From the NCBI GenBank assembly GCA_050575255.1, contig JBNZDD010013714.1, forward strand, positions 6,330,205 through 6,394,204: DNA of 64,000 nucleotides, read 5' to 3'. A model generated the notes under the pieces. It saw only the letters and a list, made by a program, of their open reading frames with translations. It was not told the origin of the DNA and ran no database searches. Position 1 is the first letter of the stretch. Every line of letters starts with the position of its first letter. Source of the stretch: Harriotta raleighana. Lineage: Eukaryota. Both the position numbers and the translations under genes were made by a program. Shown here in pieces: positions 37,662 to 50,560 of the stretch.

Positions 37662-40600
37662 CTGCGAGTTAAAAGAAAGAATTGAAAAAAGAACATTGTC
37701 AATGATTTTAATACAACCTGATTTAATACAGGGCAGTTTTAAGCAACGCAGACTTGGGATTTTCAGATCAAATGTGCTTCTGAAAAACTAATCTCAACTG
37801 TTTATTAATATTGATAATTATAATAACAATATTTATATTTGATATAACGCCAGTCAAGCCAGGAGGAAGTCTCAAAGCGCTTCATGAGATAGGCTGTAAA
37901 GTGGAGAGTTTGTGTATTTTGCGAGTGAATTCAGCAATCAATTTGCACACAACATTGGCCACAAACTGCCAGTTTAGTGTTTATAGGGATTAGTTAGTGT
38001 TTATAGGTACTAGTACAGAATCTGATAAAGAAAATCTATCACCGTGAAGCAATTAGAAAAAGTTAGTTGAAATATTTATGTTTACTATTGCTAACAGGTA
38101 GAATAGTATAGTATATATAGTATTCCCAAAGTGAATCCCACCGAAGGTCACAACCTTTGCAAATTCTTTTGTGTGCCTAATGCTTCAATGAGATTGCAAA
38201 TTGTGGTATTGGTACTGCATTGGATTCCAGCATTTTTACTCAATGTGTTGAGCATAATGTGCGTTAACATTCAAGCACTGCTTTGTGAGGAAAGGCGAAA
38301 ATATAGGCATATAGTTCCAAGGCATGGCTTGGAGGAGATAAATACCAGCAGTATGAAGGTTCTGAATGAACTCAAGCTGAAGTACTCTGCTTTAATGAAG
38401 GTTTGAAATGATATTCACTTTGTTCCTCTACACTGTTGGGAGTTGGTAATTCATCCAAAAGAGTACCCCTGCTGGTACCATCAATACACAGGAAGCAAAA
38501 TCAAACAGGGTTTACATGAAACGGCTGATTTCCCCCCTCTTCGCCCAAGGGAACTTTCCTTGATTCATCTGCCTCTTGTCCACCGAGTAGTATGACAGTG
38601 AGCCTATAGAATCAGCCACTGCAACAAATGTTGAGCTCGGGAACAAATTAGGCTATAAATGAATAGGTTCACCCCTACTTTACTAGGAATGTAAAATCTT
38701 GCAGCTATTATTATTGATACAATATTTTTGCATTGATATAGTGCTTTCCATGTTAGGGGGTAGTCTGAACGCACTTCATGTGTATTGATGTTACCAGCAG
38801 GGGTACTCTTTTGGATGATTTACCAACTCCCAACATATTAGAAATTAGAATTTATAATAGCATTATAAGAGAACGCTTTATAATGGGATTTATTACATGG
38901 GTCCCACACAGCAAAGGGAAAGAGCAATTTGATTATGTTGCCGTTATGGCATGCCAGTGTCAGGTTTGGATCATTTTAACCATGGTAATGGGTGTCTAAT
39001 GTGACTCCTCAAGTAAATTTACACCTTTTTTGCCAACACAAGAGGTCTTCAAGAGTCCAAATGCTGCAGAGCAGACCTTGGAGCTGTCTCCAGAGACAGA
39101 GTGCATTGGAGTCATTCCAGATATGTATGATGAGGGCTTAATATTGCAGTCAAATCTGGTTCTGATTAATCACTAGTTCCAATTATCCTCAATCATCTAT
39201 AAAAGAAACATTCTTCTGAGACCATCTAAAACAGCACTTTAATGAACAGCGTCTAATAATTCAATTATTGGTGAAACACTCAAATTAACATAATAGTCAA
39301 AACGTACTTTCTATGAATAATTTATCATAGAGAATTCATTCCCATTATACAGGTTATAAGAATAAAAATACAGATTTCTTTTGGTAACCTGCCAACAGTT
39401 TTGTTAGATGAAAGCTGTGGCCGATAAATTAGACACACCCTTAACTTAATGGATATCCAACTGCAACCCTTGCCTTGTAAGACTGATTAGCTCTCTAGTG
39501 GCTAACTATGGTAAAGTTTTATTTAATAGTGGATAGCCTCGAGGTTTCACTGCAAAATCCCTGATCATTATGCCTTAGTATTAACCGTCGTTTTTAGTTA
39601 AAGGGCCCTGGAGATTTCCCATCCAAATTCGAATCTGCAAAACCACAACTTCAATATATTCCATTAAATGTAACTTCACGGAATCAATTCCAATTTTGGA
39701 GCTACTGTATTGGTAATGTCCTCTCCTACAACCGAGTTACTTTAGCAGATTCCCAATAATCCACACAAATCTTTATAGTTATTTAGCTTATCTCCAGGTT
39801 TGGTTCACAATGTCATAAAGAATTTAAAAACTGTTCTCCCCAAAATTGTTACTTCATTGCATTTTTACAATTGTTCTAAAAATAATGTCACCAGTTCTCA
39901 GAGAATCAATATTATTCATCTGCTTTGCAATATACAGTCATGCATAAGTGTGCACTTACTATTTGAAAAAATATTGGTTGCAGTTGGTACTTGCATTGGG
40001 AACAAATAGTTAGAGGGGTTTATTAATACATACAAGTTATTTAGACCAAATGAAAACTGAAGTCTAAAAATTGCTAAATTTCACAGCACGGATTTTGATT
40101 AAAATCCTATTTTTCTACATGACCGCATTAAACTTCCTCATTCCTTCTCTTACCCAGTTTTTACTAGCTGTATAATCCAGTTAAGTCGCACAAATATGGA
40201 AATAACCCATATCCCATTTTACACTAGTGTCATTTAATCCTTACTGAAGCTTTATCAAAGAAGGACAGCTACAGAAAAAATCTATCACAAAAAGAGTTCA
40301 GATATATGAAAGAAACATAAAAGCAATTAATTGTAAATGTTAATATTCAAAGTTACATCGGTATATTCATTAATTTTTATTGCTAAGTAGAATATGAAAA
40401 ATCTTAAACTAAGCTGAAAACAGTTACTGAAAACAAATTTTCTCCCTATTGTAAATATTGATGAGAAATAAATGGAGGAAGTAAAGCCCAAGGTGCAATA
40501 CACTACTAGTCAGTAAAGAATGCCAAAACAGGAAGACAAATCCCAAATTAGCTGATGCCAAGTTTGGGCTTAAAGAGTTGATATTACGTAGGAGGGAAGG

Positions 40601-41175
40601 AATGGAAAATTGTGGGAGGTAAAGACTCTCACAACCTCAAAGAATGGTTCAGTATTAGGAGACGGTCCAATATGTTTGGACACAGCATGGTGAAAATGGG
40701 AGAGAACAATACCATACAATGGAGATTTACATGTATATAGCATCTTTCACATCCGTAGAACGTGCCAAGGCTTTGAATAAAGAGTGGAAAGTAGGAAAAA
40801 GTATTTGCAACTTGGGAGCAACAATTGAAGAATGCTTGGAGGACCAATGGCTAGACATAAGAGTACAGACAAAATAGAGAAAGACGGGGATGGTTCTAAT
40901 AGAAGGGGAGATAGGGAGGGAGAATTGAATCTAAAAATGGTGGAAGAATCAAGCAGTATCTAGCCATTCCTTCGACTCTTGATTCTTGTGATCTGGGTCT
41001 CATGCTGGATAACACTGGTGTAGAAAACTAAGAATTATTGAGACAAATGGACTTTGTAGTTCTTCCATTTGTACAATTGTTGCTAAAGTTGGTGACCTAA
41101 GTGATCAGGCTTCAGAATCTGATAACACTCTTATTCCACTCTAATATACCAAATAAGGCTGGCTGTGCCTTTTCA

Positions 41176-41480
41176 ATAATAATAATAAGAAGAATCCTTG
41201 CATTTGATAGAGTGCCTAATCACGTTTCCGAGAAGCCTCAAATCACTTCACAGAATACACTACGAAGTAAACTGATTGTATATTTTGTGGGTGAAATGCG
41301 GCAGCCAATTGCGCAATGGCCGTAGACTGAAGTGACCAATTTAATATTTTTTTCAAAGGAATGGTTACCCCCAGAAAAGCGATCCACCAATAGACTAACA
41401 ACTGGGTTCCCCTACTTACTGCTCGGTAAACAGAGATGTGTGGAGTAAGAAAACTTGCCCAACAATTTGCTCTGCAAGGG
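41176..41480 (-). mobile_element. tRNA-SINE copy
   Basis: (TAA)n..tccttgcatttgatag tail, gcagccaattgcgca core and aaacttgccc head remnant. Confidence 0.75.
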
Positions 41481-41674
41481 CATGGTAGCGATGTGGAGTT
41501 GACTAAATTGGTCTGAATATCTTGGTTTGACTAAGATAACTTACAAGGAGTGCTGTCTGTAGAGTGCATCACTTGAGCTTGCACTGCCAACTATGTACAG
41601 TATTATCCTCTGTTTATCCCATAGGTAGCAACTGCCAAATTAAACGCTTTACTTGACCATATTCACTTGAAACT

Positions 41675-42220
41675 CTTTGATGTTCTATTCTCATGCTAAA
41701 AAAAATGCATTTTGGCTGCAGATCAAACAGAATTAAAGAGAATTACTAATTAACTTAAAATTTAAACACAGTTTCGATGTTAGCCAAAAGATTGAACAGA
41801 ACTTTTTTTTGAAGATCAAAGCAGATTCTCCCCACCCATCTCCAAAGCTGAAGTAGAAATGTTCTCAGCATGTTTCTTCTGGGTTACTTAGAGCTGTGTG
41901 ATCTCACCATTGTGATCTGCTTTTTTAAAGAGTACTCATTAAAACAAACTCTACAGAGTAAATCGGTAAAATAATTCCTCAGAGCTTTTCAGCATGTAAA
42001 ACTTTAAAATCATTGGTGGGGACGACGACGGGGGACGACGACGAACGGACGTACTTAAGAGGGGTCAATTGATTGAACTTGAACTGGCTGCAGATTAGAA
42101 AGCCTGTTATGTCTTGCACACACAACTGATCGATCAATTGTGCCTTTAAAGCCAAAATACTTCAGTACGCTTTTAAACTTTTAAATCGAGGAGATTTAAA
42201 GACAAACTTCTGCCTTTGAT
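41675..42220. promoter_or_regulatory. Intronic TCF/LEF motif cluster (candidate enhancer)
   Basis: CTTTGAT 41675-41681, AGATCAAAG 41813-41821 and CCTTTGAT 42213-42220 in non-repeat sequence. Motif evidence only. Confidence 0.4.
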
Positions 42221-42411
42221 AAGAAATGAACTACAGTTGCAAATTATAGTTTCAAAATGTTGTGCAGTATTTAATTTGCCACTAGCAACTTCCATTGACA
42301 ATCTTTAAATGTGTATTTATTCCAGTCTTTGAGCCTGATCTTTATATCACCCTCTGATTTCCCCCCAAGCCACCACACACATACACACACACACTCCTTC
42401 AAATACAAAAT

Positions 42412-42555
42412 AATAAGAACATAAGAATTAGGAGCAGGAGGCCATTATTGAATGCCCTGCCATTCAATAAGATCATGGCTGATCTACTGACCTAACTCTA
42501 ATTACCTGCCCTATCCCCATATCCCCTATTCCCTCTATTTTTAAAAAATCTATAA
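42412..42555 (-). mobile_element. CR1 3' end
   Basis: ataagaacataagaattaggagcagg..gccattcaataagatcatggctgatct. Confidence 0.75.
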
Positions 42556-43039
42556 GAATTGGAAACCCTGGAAGTTCCTTTTTTAAAAAAAACACACACG
42601 CAGGCAAAAACAGTTTGAAATAAATTAAATTGCAGAAATATTTTAAATCTTTATTTTTCTATTTTTTTTACTATTCTGCAAATTCTAACAAAAGGGAACT
42701 TAGACAGTGGCTCATGTGTGTTTTTATCCCCCCACCCCCCATCATGTTTTCTCCCTTGTTGTCTTTTGGATACGGATTCTTGCCCTCTGGCTGCTAACAT
42801 CTATTCTTCATGTGCAAGACTAAACAGCAGGCGTTGACAAGCCTTGTGACCATAGGGGGGCACCAGAGCTGAGGCTGATCCTGGAATCACCTTCTCATCC
42901 TTGCACACACTCCTCAGGAGTAACTAGATAGTAATAAGACACAGAATCTTTTTTTCAATTTGCCAAGACTAGCTATCTCACGGAATAGTTTATTCCACAT
43001 TTTCGCCATTCTCTGTGCAAAACAAATAATAATATGATT

Positions 43040-43440
43040 GCAATCCTTGCATATGATAGGAGTGTTGTATGAATGAATGAATCCTGTATATTGAAGCACT
43101 TCAAAGCCATCAACAGTTTCTGTAAAGTGTAGTGACTATTCATTTAGAAGTGAACACAATTGGCCACTTTGTACGGAGGAATATCCCACAAAACAGCGAT
43201 GAAATTAATGATCATATTTTTTTATTTGGGGGATTCTTGGCAAGCGAAAGACTCCCTTCTTCTTAAAACAGTCCAGGGACATCTTTAATATCCACCTGAA
43301 AAGGCAGATAGGATCTCAGTTTAACATCTCATCCAAATGACAGCAGCATTGAATTAGAGAGTCTGCCTGAACCATGAATTTAAAAGTCCTGGCATGGGGC
43401 TTCTTTCTGACTCAATCGGGAAGATTATTAGCAACTGATC
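43040..43440 (-). mobile_element. Degenerate DeuSINE
   Basis: atctttaatatccacctgaaaaggcagataggatctcagtttaacatctcatccaaatgacagca Deu core plus L2-type tail; resembles 18791-19167. Confidence 0.7.
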
Positions 43441-46400
43441 CAGGATTTCATTTCCCTCTTCTAACCTTGAGTTGAATGTCTTTGCTGCACATTTGTTTAC
43501 CGTGCTAAACATGTTATTAGGGTTTCATTTATCTATGTCCTTTGTGATCCAGAATACTTGATTAAGATAATCCCTTGAGCCATTCAGTGAGAACATTCCT
43601 AGCTCCTGCAGCCTTTCCTCATAACTCACTGTGTCTAATTCCAGCTATCAAATCTAGTTGTCCTTCATTACACCCTGACCAATACTGAGATGTCCTTATT
43701 GTAATTCTGTGATGGGACATGTACCCAGTATTTAGTGGTGAGTCCGATCAATGTCTGTTCAAGTTCAATACATCTTTTCCTGTCTACAATACTGCACCCC
43801 TTTAATACATACAAAAATTTTGTTCCTATCTTTATTCCATGCTGTGCGAATAGTTTTAGTGATCTATCTACCTAGAACTACCAATTTCTTCTGCATTTCT
43901 TCTAAAATGCCATTAAATTTTTTAATCCAACTGTTTATTAGTCTCCCCCAAGCTCAACATCAGTGCCGCATAAAGATTGTTTGTTTGAGCCCATGTTGCC
44001 ACATTACATAAGGAAATAAATATTCAAGGTTTGAATAATTTTTCAATGAATATATTACAAGATGTTTAGTGTAAACAAGTTGCAGATGTCCTGGAGCTCT
44101 GGTCAGGTTTTATACATAATGTTTTGTATGTTTTTCACTCACAAATATAGTCAATTCACTTTACAGTATATTCTGCAAAGCACTTTAAGATGTATAGAAG
44201 ACCTGATAAGGCACGATAACAAATGCAAGGACTATTATTATTATATTGAAAAGTGTAGAAAATCATCATTACTAATAGAAAGGAAATTATTGCATTAACA
44301 ACACTTAGTGAAAAAATAGCAAGAGCTTTCACTGGTTTAAGTTAAAGTGACTTTCATTTTGATTTGCTTCAAATTGACTGCCCCAAAAGAGCAGCTTCTT
44401 CCAGCTCTTGTCCTGATTTGTAGAATATCTGTAGAAAAGTAAAGCTGTGCCATCTCCGTTCTTCAGAAGCACTCTGACTGATCAGAGTGCTATGGGCAGC
44501 AAACAAGTTACTGGAACCTTTTGTCCTGCCTGAAGCAGGAACTATGATTAAGGAAGGCAGCAGTGGAGAAAAAAAAGCTGTATCTAACAATAAAACTCCC
44601 CCAGCCTCTGCAAGAATGCTAGCAAAATCAAACGTTGGCACCGGATGTAAGAGCTGTTAAGAGATGAACAGTTTCTTTCCACACTCGTCCTATTAAACAT
44701 GATTCTGGATAGAAGTCGTAACCTTTAAGCTGGAGTTTCACTGAGTCAACATTCTGCTCTCAGGGCTCAATGCTTTGATGTTTACTTTGTTCATTCTGTA
44801 GTTCAAAAGGACCACTAATGCACCAATCTCTCGCCAAATAAATCCTTAATCCAGGAATCCACTGCTTTTCCTTTCTACCATCCAAGACCATAAAAAAAAG
44901 GATTGTATCAAGGTTTTATGAAACTGATTAAAGTTCTAATTCAGCTTCCTTTATTTTTCAGTGCTGAATTTTAATTATTTTACAAAAGCAGCTGTTGTTA
45001 TACATTTTGTCATCAAGCTTCAAAAAGATTTTTTGTTCCTTAAAGGTAAAGAATTTTATATTTCAACAAATGTGATTAGGATTTTGGAATTAAGGAATTT
45101 TTATTCGTGGGGATACCTGACATTGATACTGTATGTTAGATTGACATTTTATCTGATTTCTGCTTAACTTTATGAAATTTCATCTTTCAAAAGGTAGCAG
45201 TTGAAAAAAATAGGTTTCGTTGAAACAAGCGATTTAATCCTAAAAGTGGGGTCTAATTTACAATCTTCGTGAAATGGGTGGGAAGCCCTAATTGAAGACT
45301 CTGCAAGGTCGGATTCGGGTCAATGAGTTCAGAAAGCCATCAAAGTACAAAAAAGGACTGCAGAGTCAAACAGATGGCTACGAGGAGATGGTGTTTCATT
45401 CTCCAGTGTTTTGTTGAGCAAAAATAACTTTTAAGAGGTCAATAATTAATGCTCCTTGCCTATTGTATGAATATTGCCAATAAAATCCCAATGACTGTCC
45501 TCCTCATATTTTCAGTCATAATACTAATAATCCTTCTTTTTGACACTTCGTCAAATGCTTTCAAAGCACTTCAAAATATTTACTCTAAGAGTGTTGTGCC
45601 ACTGTACTTTGTAGGTAAAAGAATCATCTGTGTCTCTGTTTATTTGGAAAAAGGTGAATTCACTCAGCAAACTTCACTCAAATGCACTCTTAATGCTCCT
45701 ATCATCACCAGTGAGTAGGGCTTTGTGTGAAAACTGAATGATAGAAATTCATAACCCTAAGTTAAGAGGATCTGCTATCATTCGACACTATTCAGTATTA
45801 ACTCGTGACAGGACTGGTGGGATCCACTCCATGCGTTTCTGTCCTACACAACTGAGCAGTAACGGGGTCAAATTTCTTTCAATTAAATATCTCCCTCTGA
45901 TTCCTTTAAATGTCTCCCGAGAATCCACCTCACACCTTCAAAAGCAAATACATCAGCCATTTAATAGAAGGAGTTATGCTTCATATCAGCAAAGATTTCT
46001 GTCAGGCTTATAAAACTTAAATGGTTTTGTACAATACAGTAGGATTATCATATTTGGCAACTGTATATTTTCTTTTGTGGATATTCACTCTTTCCTTTTA
46101 TATCAATTCTAATAAATAAGCTCTTTCTGAAGAATATCCACAAGTTTATATGTCATAGTACATAGATTCCAAGGCAACAAAAGATAGGATATATAGTGTT
46201 TCAGTAAGATATAATTTAGTTTACAACTGACCAAATTTGCATGTAGTTAATTGGATCTATGTAGCATGAAGGAAGATCATCTAAATTTGCTTAAATTTCT
46301 GTTTTACATTTGTTGTGGCTGAAAGTCAATTTTACCCCCATGAGGTTTGTGACTTTCTCAAACCCTCAACCTATTAATTTTACAACATGGAATATTCATT

Positions 46401-46443
46401 CCCAACATTTAAGTGTGTTCTGAAAGCAGGCATTAAGTAGCAA

Positions 46444-46600
46444 ACTGGCTCAGGTAGCAGCACTCTCAGTTCTGAGTCACAAGGTTTTGGGATTCAAACC
46501 CCATATCGGGAGTTTTTCAGGGAATCTTGACAGTGCTGTGCAAAGCTGGGAAAAAGCATTGCATTGTTGCATGTGTTGTCTTTTGGATGAGAGGTTAAAT
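46444..46600 (+). mobile_element. DeuSINE 5' portion (tRNA-like head)
   Basis: tggctcaggtagcagcactctc..tctgagtcacaagg..ggattcaaacccca and gtcttttggatgagaggttaaa. Confidence 0.65.
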
Positions 46601-47056
46601 CTTTAATGATATTGTTATTATCATTAAAATTCTCCACCTGTCTGGCTAGGCGAATACGCACCCCTTTATCTATTCTTAGAAGATGAGCCTCAGCATTAAT
46701 TTTCACCTACACAGATGGGGGCAAGTTGTTTAAAACACAAGAATTTTTGGTCAGGAAAAGTTAATTAAGCCAACAATCCTGCCTCCTTAAAAATTCTCAA
46801 CCAGTTACTCATCTTCTCACTATATCCTCCATTGCTTCTCCTTCCTGGAACATACACAGTCGACTCTTGTCTGCCCAATTAATTGTTCTTGTATCTTATT
46901 GCACAAGTATCCCATACTGTATCTCTTTATGCAAAACTCTTCCACCTGATACACTCTGTCTGGTCAATGTGATTATCAGTATATTGTACTATGATAGTGA
47001 AAAGTGTAGATTTCTAATGAACTTAAGGAGGAATGGGAACTTACCATAGGTAGGCT

Positions 47057-47329
47057 CATAGAATGAGCTCCCTTAAGCAACTCCACCAAGGGTTCTATGG
47101 ATACATACACTGTTTCCTCATTGCATTTAAATATTTAATAGCGCCATTATATTTTTGACTCCCATTGACATCCAAGCAAAATTGTAAACTTANCATAGAA
47201 TGAGCTCCCTTAAGCAACTCCACCAAGGGTTCTATGGATACATACACTGTTTCCTCATTGCATTTAAATATTTAATAGTGCCATTATATTTTTGACTCCC
47301 ATTGACATCCAAGCAAAATTGTAAACTTA
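47057..47329. repeat. 136-bp tandem duplicate separated by a single N (probable assembly artefact)
   Basis: 47057-47192 equals 47194-47329 except for one C/T; N at 47193. Confidence 0.9.
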
Positions 47330-48345
47330 AGAGAAGTTTGCACTCAGTTCTTCTACTTGTTATGGGAATAAGGTTTGATTTTAATGGTGGTTCACTCTCC
47401 TGGAATATAGGTAGTCACTATATATACAATGCAGTTTGACACCAATTGAACTGTTTACAGTGATCTATTTTATGTCACTACTGTATAAAGATATTGTGCA
47501 AAGCAATAAAAAGTAATTCCGTGAAGAATACTGGAGTTCTGATATATTCAGAGTTTCTATTACAAAGTCATTTCCATATATAACTTCAAAATGTTCACTT
47601 CATTATACAGTAAATGTGACTGAGAACCCTGTATCTGCAACAAGACAAATTCACAGCTGCAGAAATTAGACAGAGCTGAGCAATAAGCAGGCCATCCAGA
47701 TGTTTGGTAGTACACATTTACTGCAATGTCACCAATTTAACAACCATATGACATCGCTGATTTAGCAAACATTAATGGGGCCTAGCTCAACACTTTACAT
47801 CAAAACATGAACCCAATTAACAGCTGTGGAAGTCATTTAACACCCAAGCTACCAGACTTAAGGTTAGGCTGTTTTATTCTCCTGATGGATATTTTTAAAC
47901 AGCACTTTCTTTAGAAAAGCGTATTCCTCCAGTATGTACAAAGCTAATTTATTCTCTATAAAATGTCTCATTGAATAATTCAAACATTAATGCTACAATA
48001 GTGTTTTAAAGCTGAAGCATAGGAAGCAGAGTGGAGTTAAGACTAAGTCTTCCAATTTGCTACAGGTCCTCCACCAGTGACCTTGCTTGTAACTGCAGTT
48101 TTAATAGACTACCCAACCTGTGGATTTCACAATCCACACAGTTCTGCTTTGCCAATTACTGCATCTTACATAGAGTTTCTAATGCTTCATAAATACGCAA
48201 ACAAAAGAGATGCACATACACTTTTCTCTTCACACCTCAAAACTATCGTGGGAGGAGAAAATAACACAAGGAGATTTAAAGGAAGAAAAGAGGAAAAGTT
48301 AACTTGACAAACTATTACACCTTTTATAATGTGCTCACAAGTTAC

Positions 48346-48403
48346 CTTCCAAAGGATAATGATCTTCACTGTATCGTTCTCTGCCAAATTCCCCAGTTGA
48401 ACC
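48346..48403 (-). CDS. nkd1: nkd1 coding exon (equivalent to mammalian exon 4), GSTGEFGRERYSEDHYPLE/V
   Basis: tttacag acceptor and gtaac donor; 58 nt, phase 0 to 1. The last G joins TC of the next exon to give Val of LEVALPPEK, as in mammalian NKD1 (EDDFRLEVALPPEK). Not called in this frame by the ORF track. Confidence 0.85.
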
Positions 48404-50255
48404 CTGTAAAACAAAACCCAAGTAATTATTTGTCTGCAGTACGTAATACATAACAACCTGCTGTTTTATATTATAGTGTAAAACATCCGAAAAGAGCCCA
48501 TCCATAAAAGAAGAACAATATATTTAAGCAGCACTAATTTGACAAAAATAGCTTCCAAGCGAGGCATGCCTTCCTTTTTAGAAAATAAATGTGATGCAAT
48601 GTGTTTGTTCACAAACAGGAGCTGCCCAAATTCCTGGGAATTAAAAGGATTCTGAATTGTTAAGGAATAAAATGCTGTAGATGGTGTGTAACAGGAATCT
48701 GTTGGGAAGCTCTATAGATTGGATAATGGTCTATCTACCCCCTATCCCTGCCTGAAACGTTTTCTATGCAACAGATTATTACGCTTTGCAACTAGCCACA
48801 GGATCCCTGAATCCACTGTTTGTACATATTTACAAATATTGCCACAGTTAAGTATTCCTATTTGTGGCTAAGTGAAACAAGAACAGATCGGTCGGTACAA
48901 TATCTGAACTATCATAGAATAGAAGCACTTATTATGTTTGTTGGTGTGTGTTGTGTGTATGGGGGAGGGGGAAGAAATCACACGAGTGATTCCACATCTT
49001 CCCTCCACCCACTGAAAGGTAGCACTCTGCCACAGTGCACTGGCCTATCCACCAATTAAGTTGAACATAGTTTAAAGGCAGTCAAAGCTTAGATCTGAAC
49101 TAAAAGCCCTTAGGGATCGGAGTCCACAGTATTGATGCAAAAGCTTCTGCAGTTGCTTTTCCTCCACCAAAAACTGTGCATTTCTAAAGATAAAAGGACA
49201 CCATTAGGGCTATATTGCTTAGCACTACTGTTCCACTGCACATTCTTGTGTGGTATTTCCTGCAGCAAATCAAGGTTAGGATAAGCAGATAACTACCCCA
49301 AATCAGTACACACTCCCAACTAAGCAGCAAACACTGTATTTGCTGGCTACCGTACAAAGAAGCAGTCACTCCACACATTAAAAAGATATTGCTTTCCTAC
49401 TAATCACTGAGCTGGGGAAAAACAAACTAGTGCAGTGTTGGGGTAACTGGAACAGGTGTAGGCCAATTGGCTAATAAGGGAAGAATAATGAGAAATGTCA
49501 ACAGTTGGTGGCCCTAGGAACACAGAGAGAGAGTGCAGAGTGCTTGACTCCCAAACACATGAATAGGAATCCCTCAGCAGCCTGTCACTCAAAGTCACTG
49601 TTCCTACTGGAACTGGGTTTCAACATCTAACTTGCAAAGATGATCACCAAATCTTTAATCACATTGCACATGCCCGGATCCAGTAAGGTCACACAAGTAT
49701 AAGCTCATTCAGTAAACTCACAAATGCCCTCCCTAACTTTTGTCTGGTTACATTTATCATCTTATTTCTTTCCTGTTTCAAGTTGGGTCTTGGCAAGGTA
49801 ATTGTCTCAAGAGTTTTTATGACCTGCAAACTCCGCAGATAATAAGATAGACTTCTGCAACATATTGTATTCCAAAATCACCAAATAGAATATAGATGCA
49901 TTGTACAGCTGTGAGTTATTTCTATTTAACCTGTCTTTCTCCAACGCAATTCCAGACTAATTCCTTCCATTCTGCTATTCCGTTTGCATTGAGAATATTC
50001 CATAAGTACTGTTGAGGGAGCAAAAAATAATGAATCCATTTGGAGGAATTAATATTCCTAAAATCTATCACAGCATAACATATTGCCTGACTACTGTAAA
50101 CAAAGTGACATTTATATCTGCTGAAGGCGAATCAGAGGAGCTAGCTGGCTGTTTTACCTCAGCGATGAAAGGGGAAGGGAGAAGTCAAAATGGTAGATTA
50201 CAGCAGAGGAAGACTCTTAGCTCAAGGCGACTGAACCAACATTGTCACCCAAACT

Positions 50256-50560
50256 GAGCTCCTGTAGCTCAGTGGTTAGAGCACTCGCCTTACAAGCATG
50301 AGACCTGTGTACGAATCCAGGCAGATCAGGGCAAAAACGTGGGCAAGTTTCCTTACTAATAATAATCCCTTCAAAAAAACCACGACAATAAAATTGGTCA
50401 ATTCAATCCATGACTGTTTGTGGGACACTGTTGTGCACAATTGGCTGTCGCATTTCGCCTACAAGTATACAGTCAATTCACTTTACAGTATATTCTGTGA
50501 AGCACTTTGAGACGTCGATAAGATGTGAAATATCAAAATTGAAGGATTATTATTTATTAT
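50256..50560 (+). mobile_element. Full-length tRNA-derived SINE with Pol III A/B boxes and an L2-type tail
   Basis: A box TAGCTCAGTGG, B-box-like GTACGAATCC, tail gcactttgagacgtc..gaaggattattatt. Many partial copies elsewhere (e.g. ~37815, 44130, 53190, 55415, 57045). Confidence 0.88.

Noticed and set aside
50256-50330. tRNA gene
   Set aside because: It has A/B boxes but no proper acceptor stem, and it continues into a multi-copy SINE body and tail.
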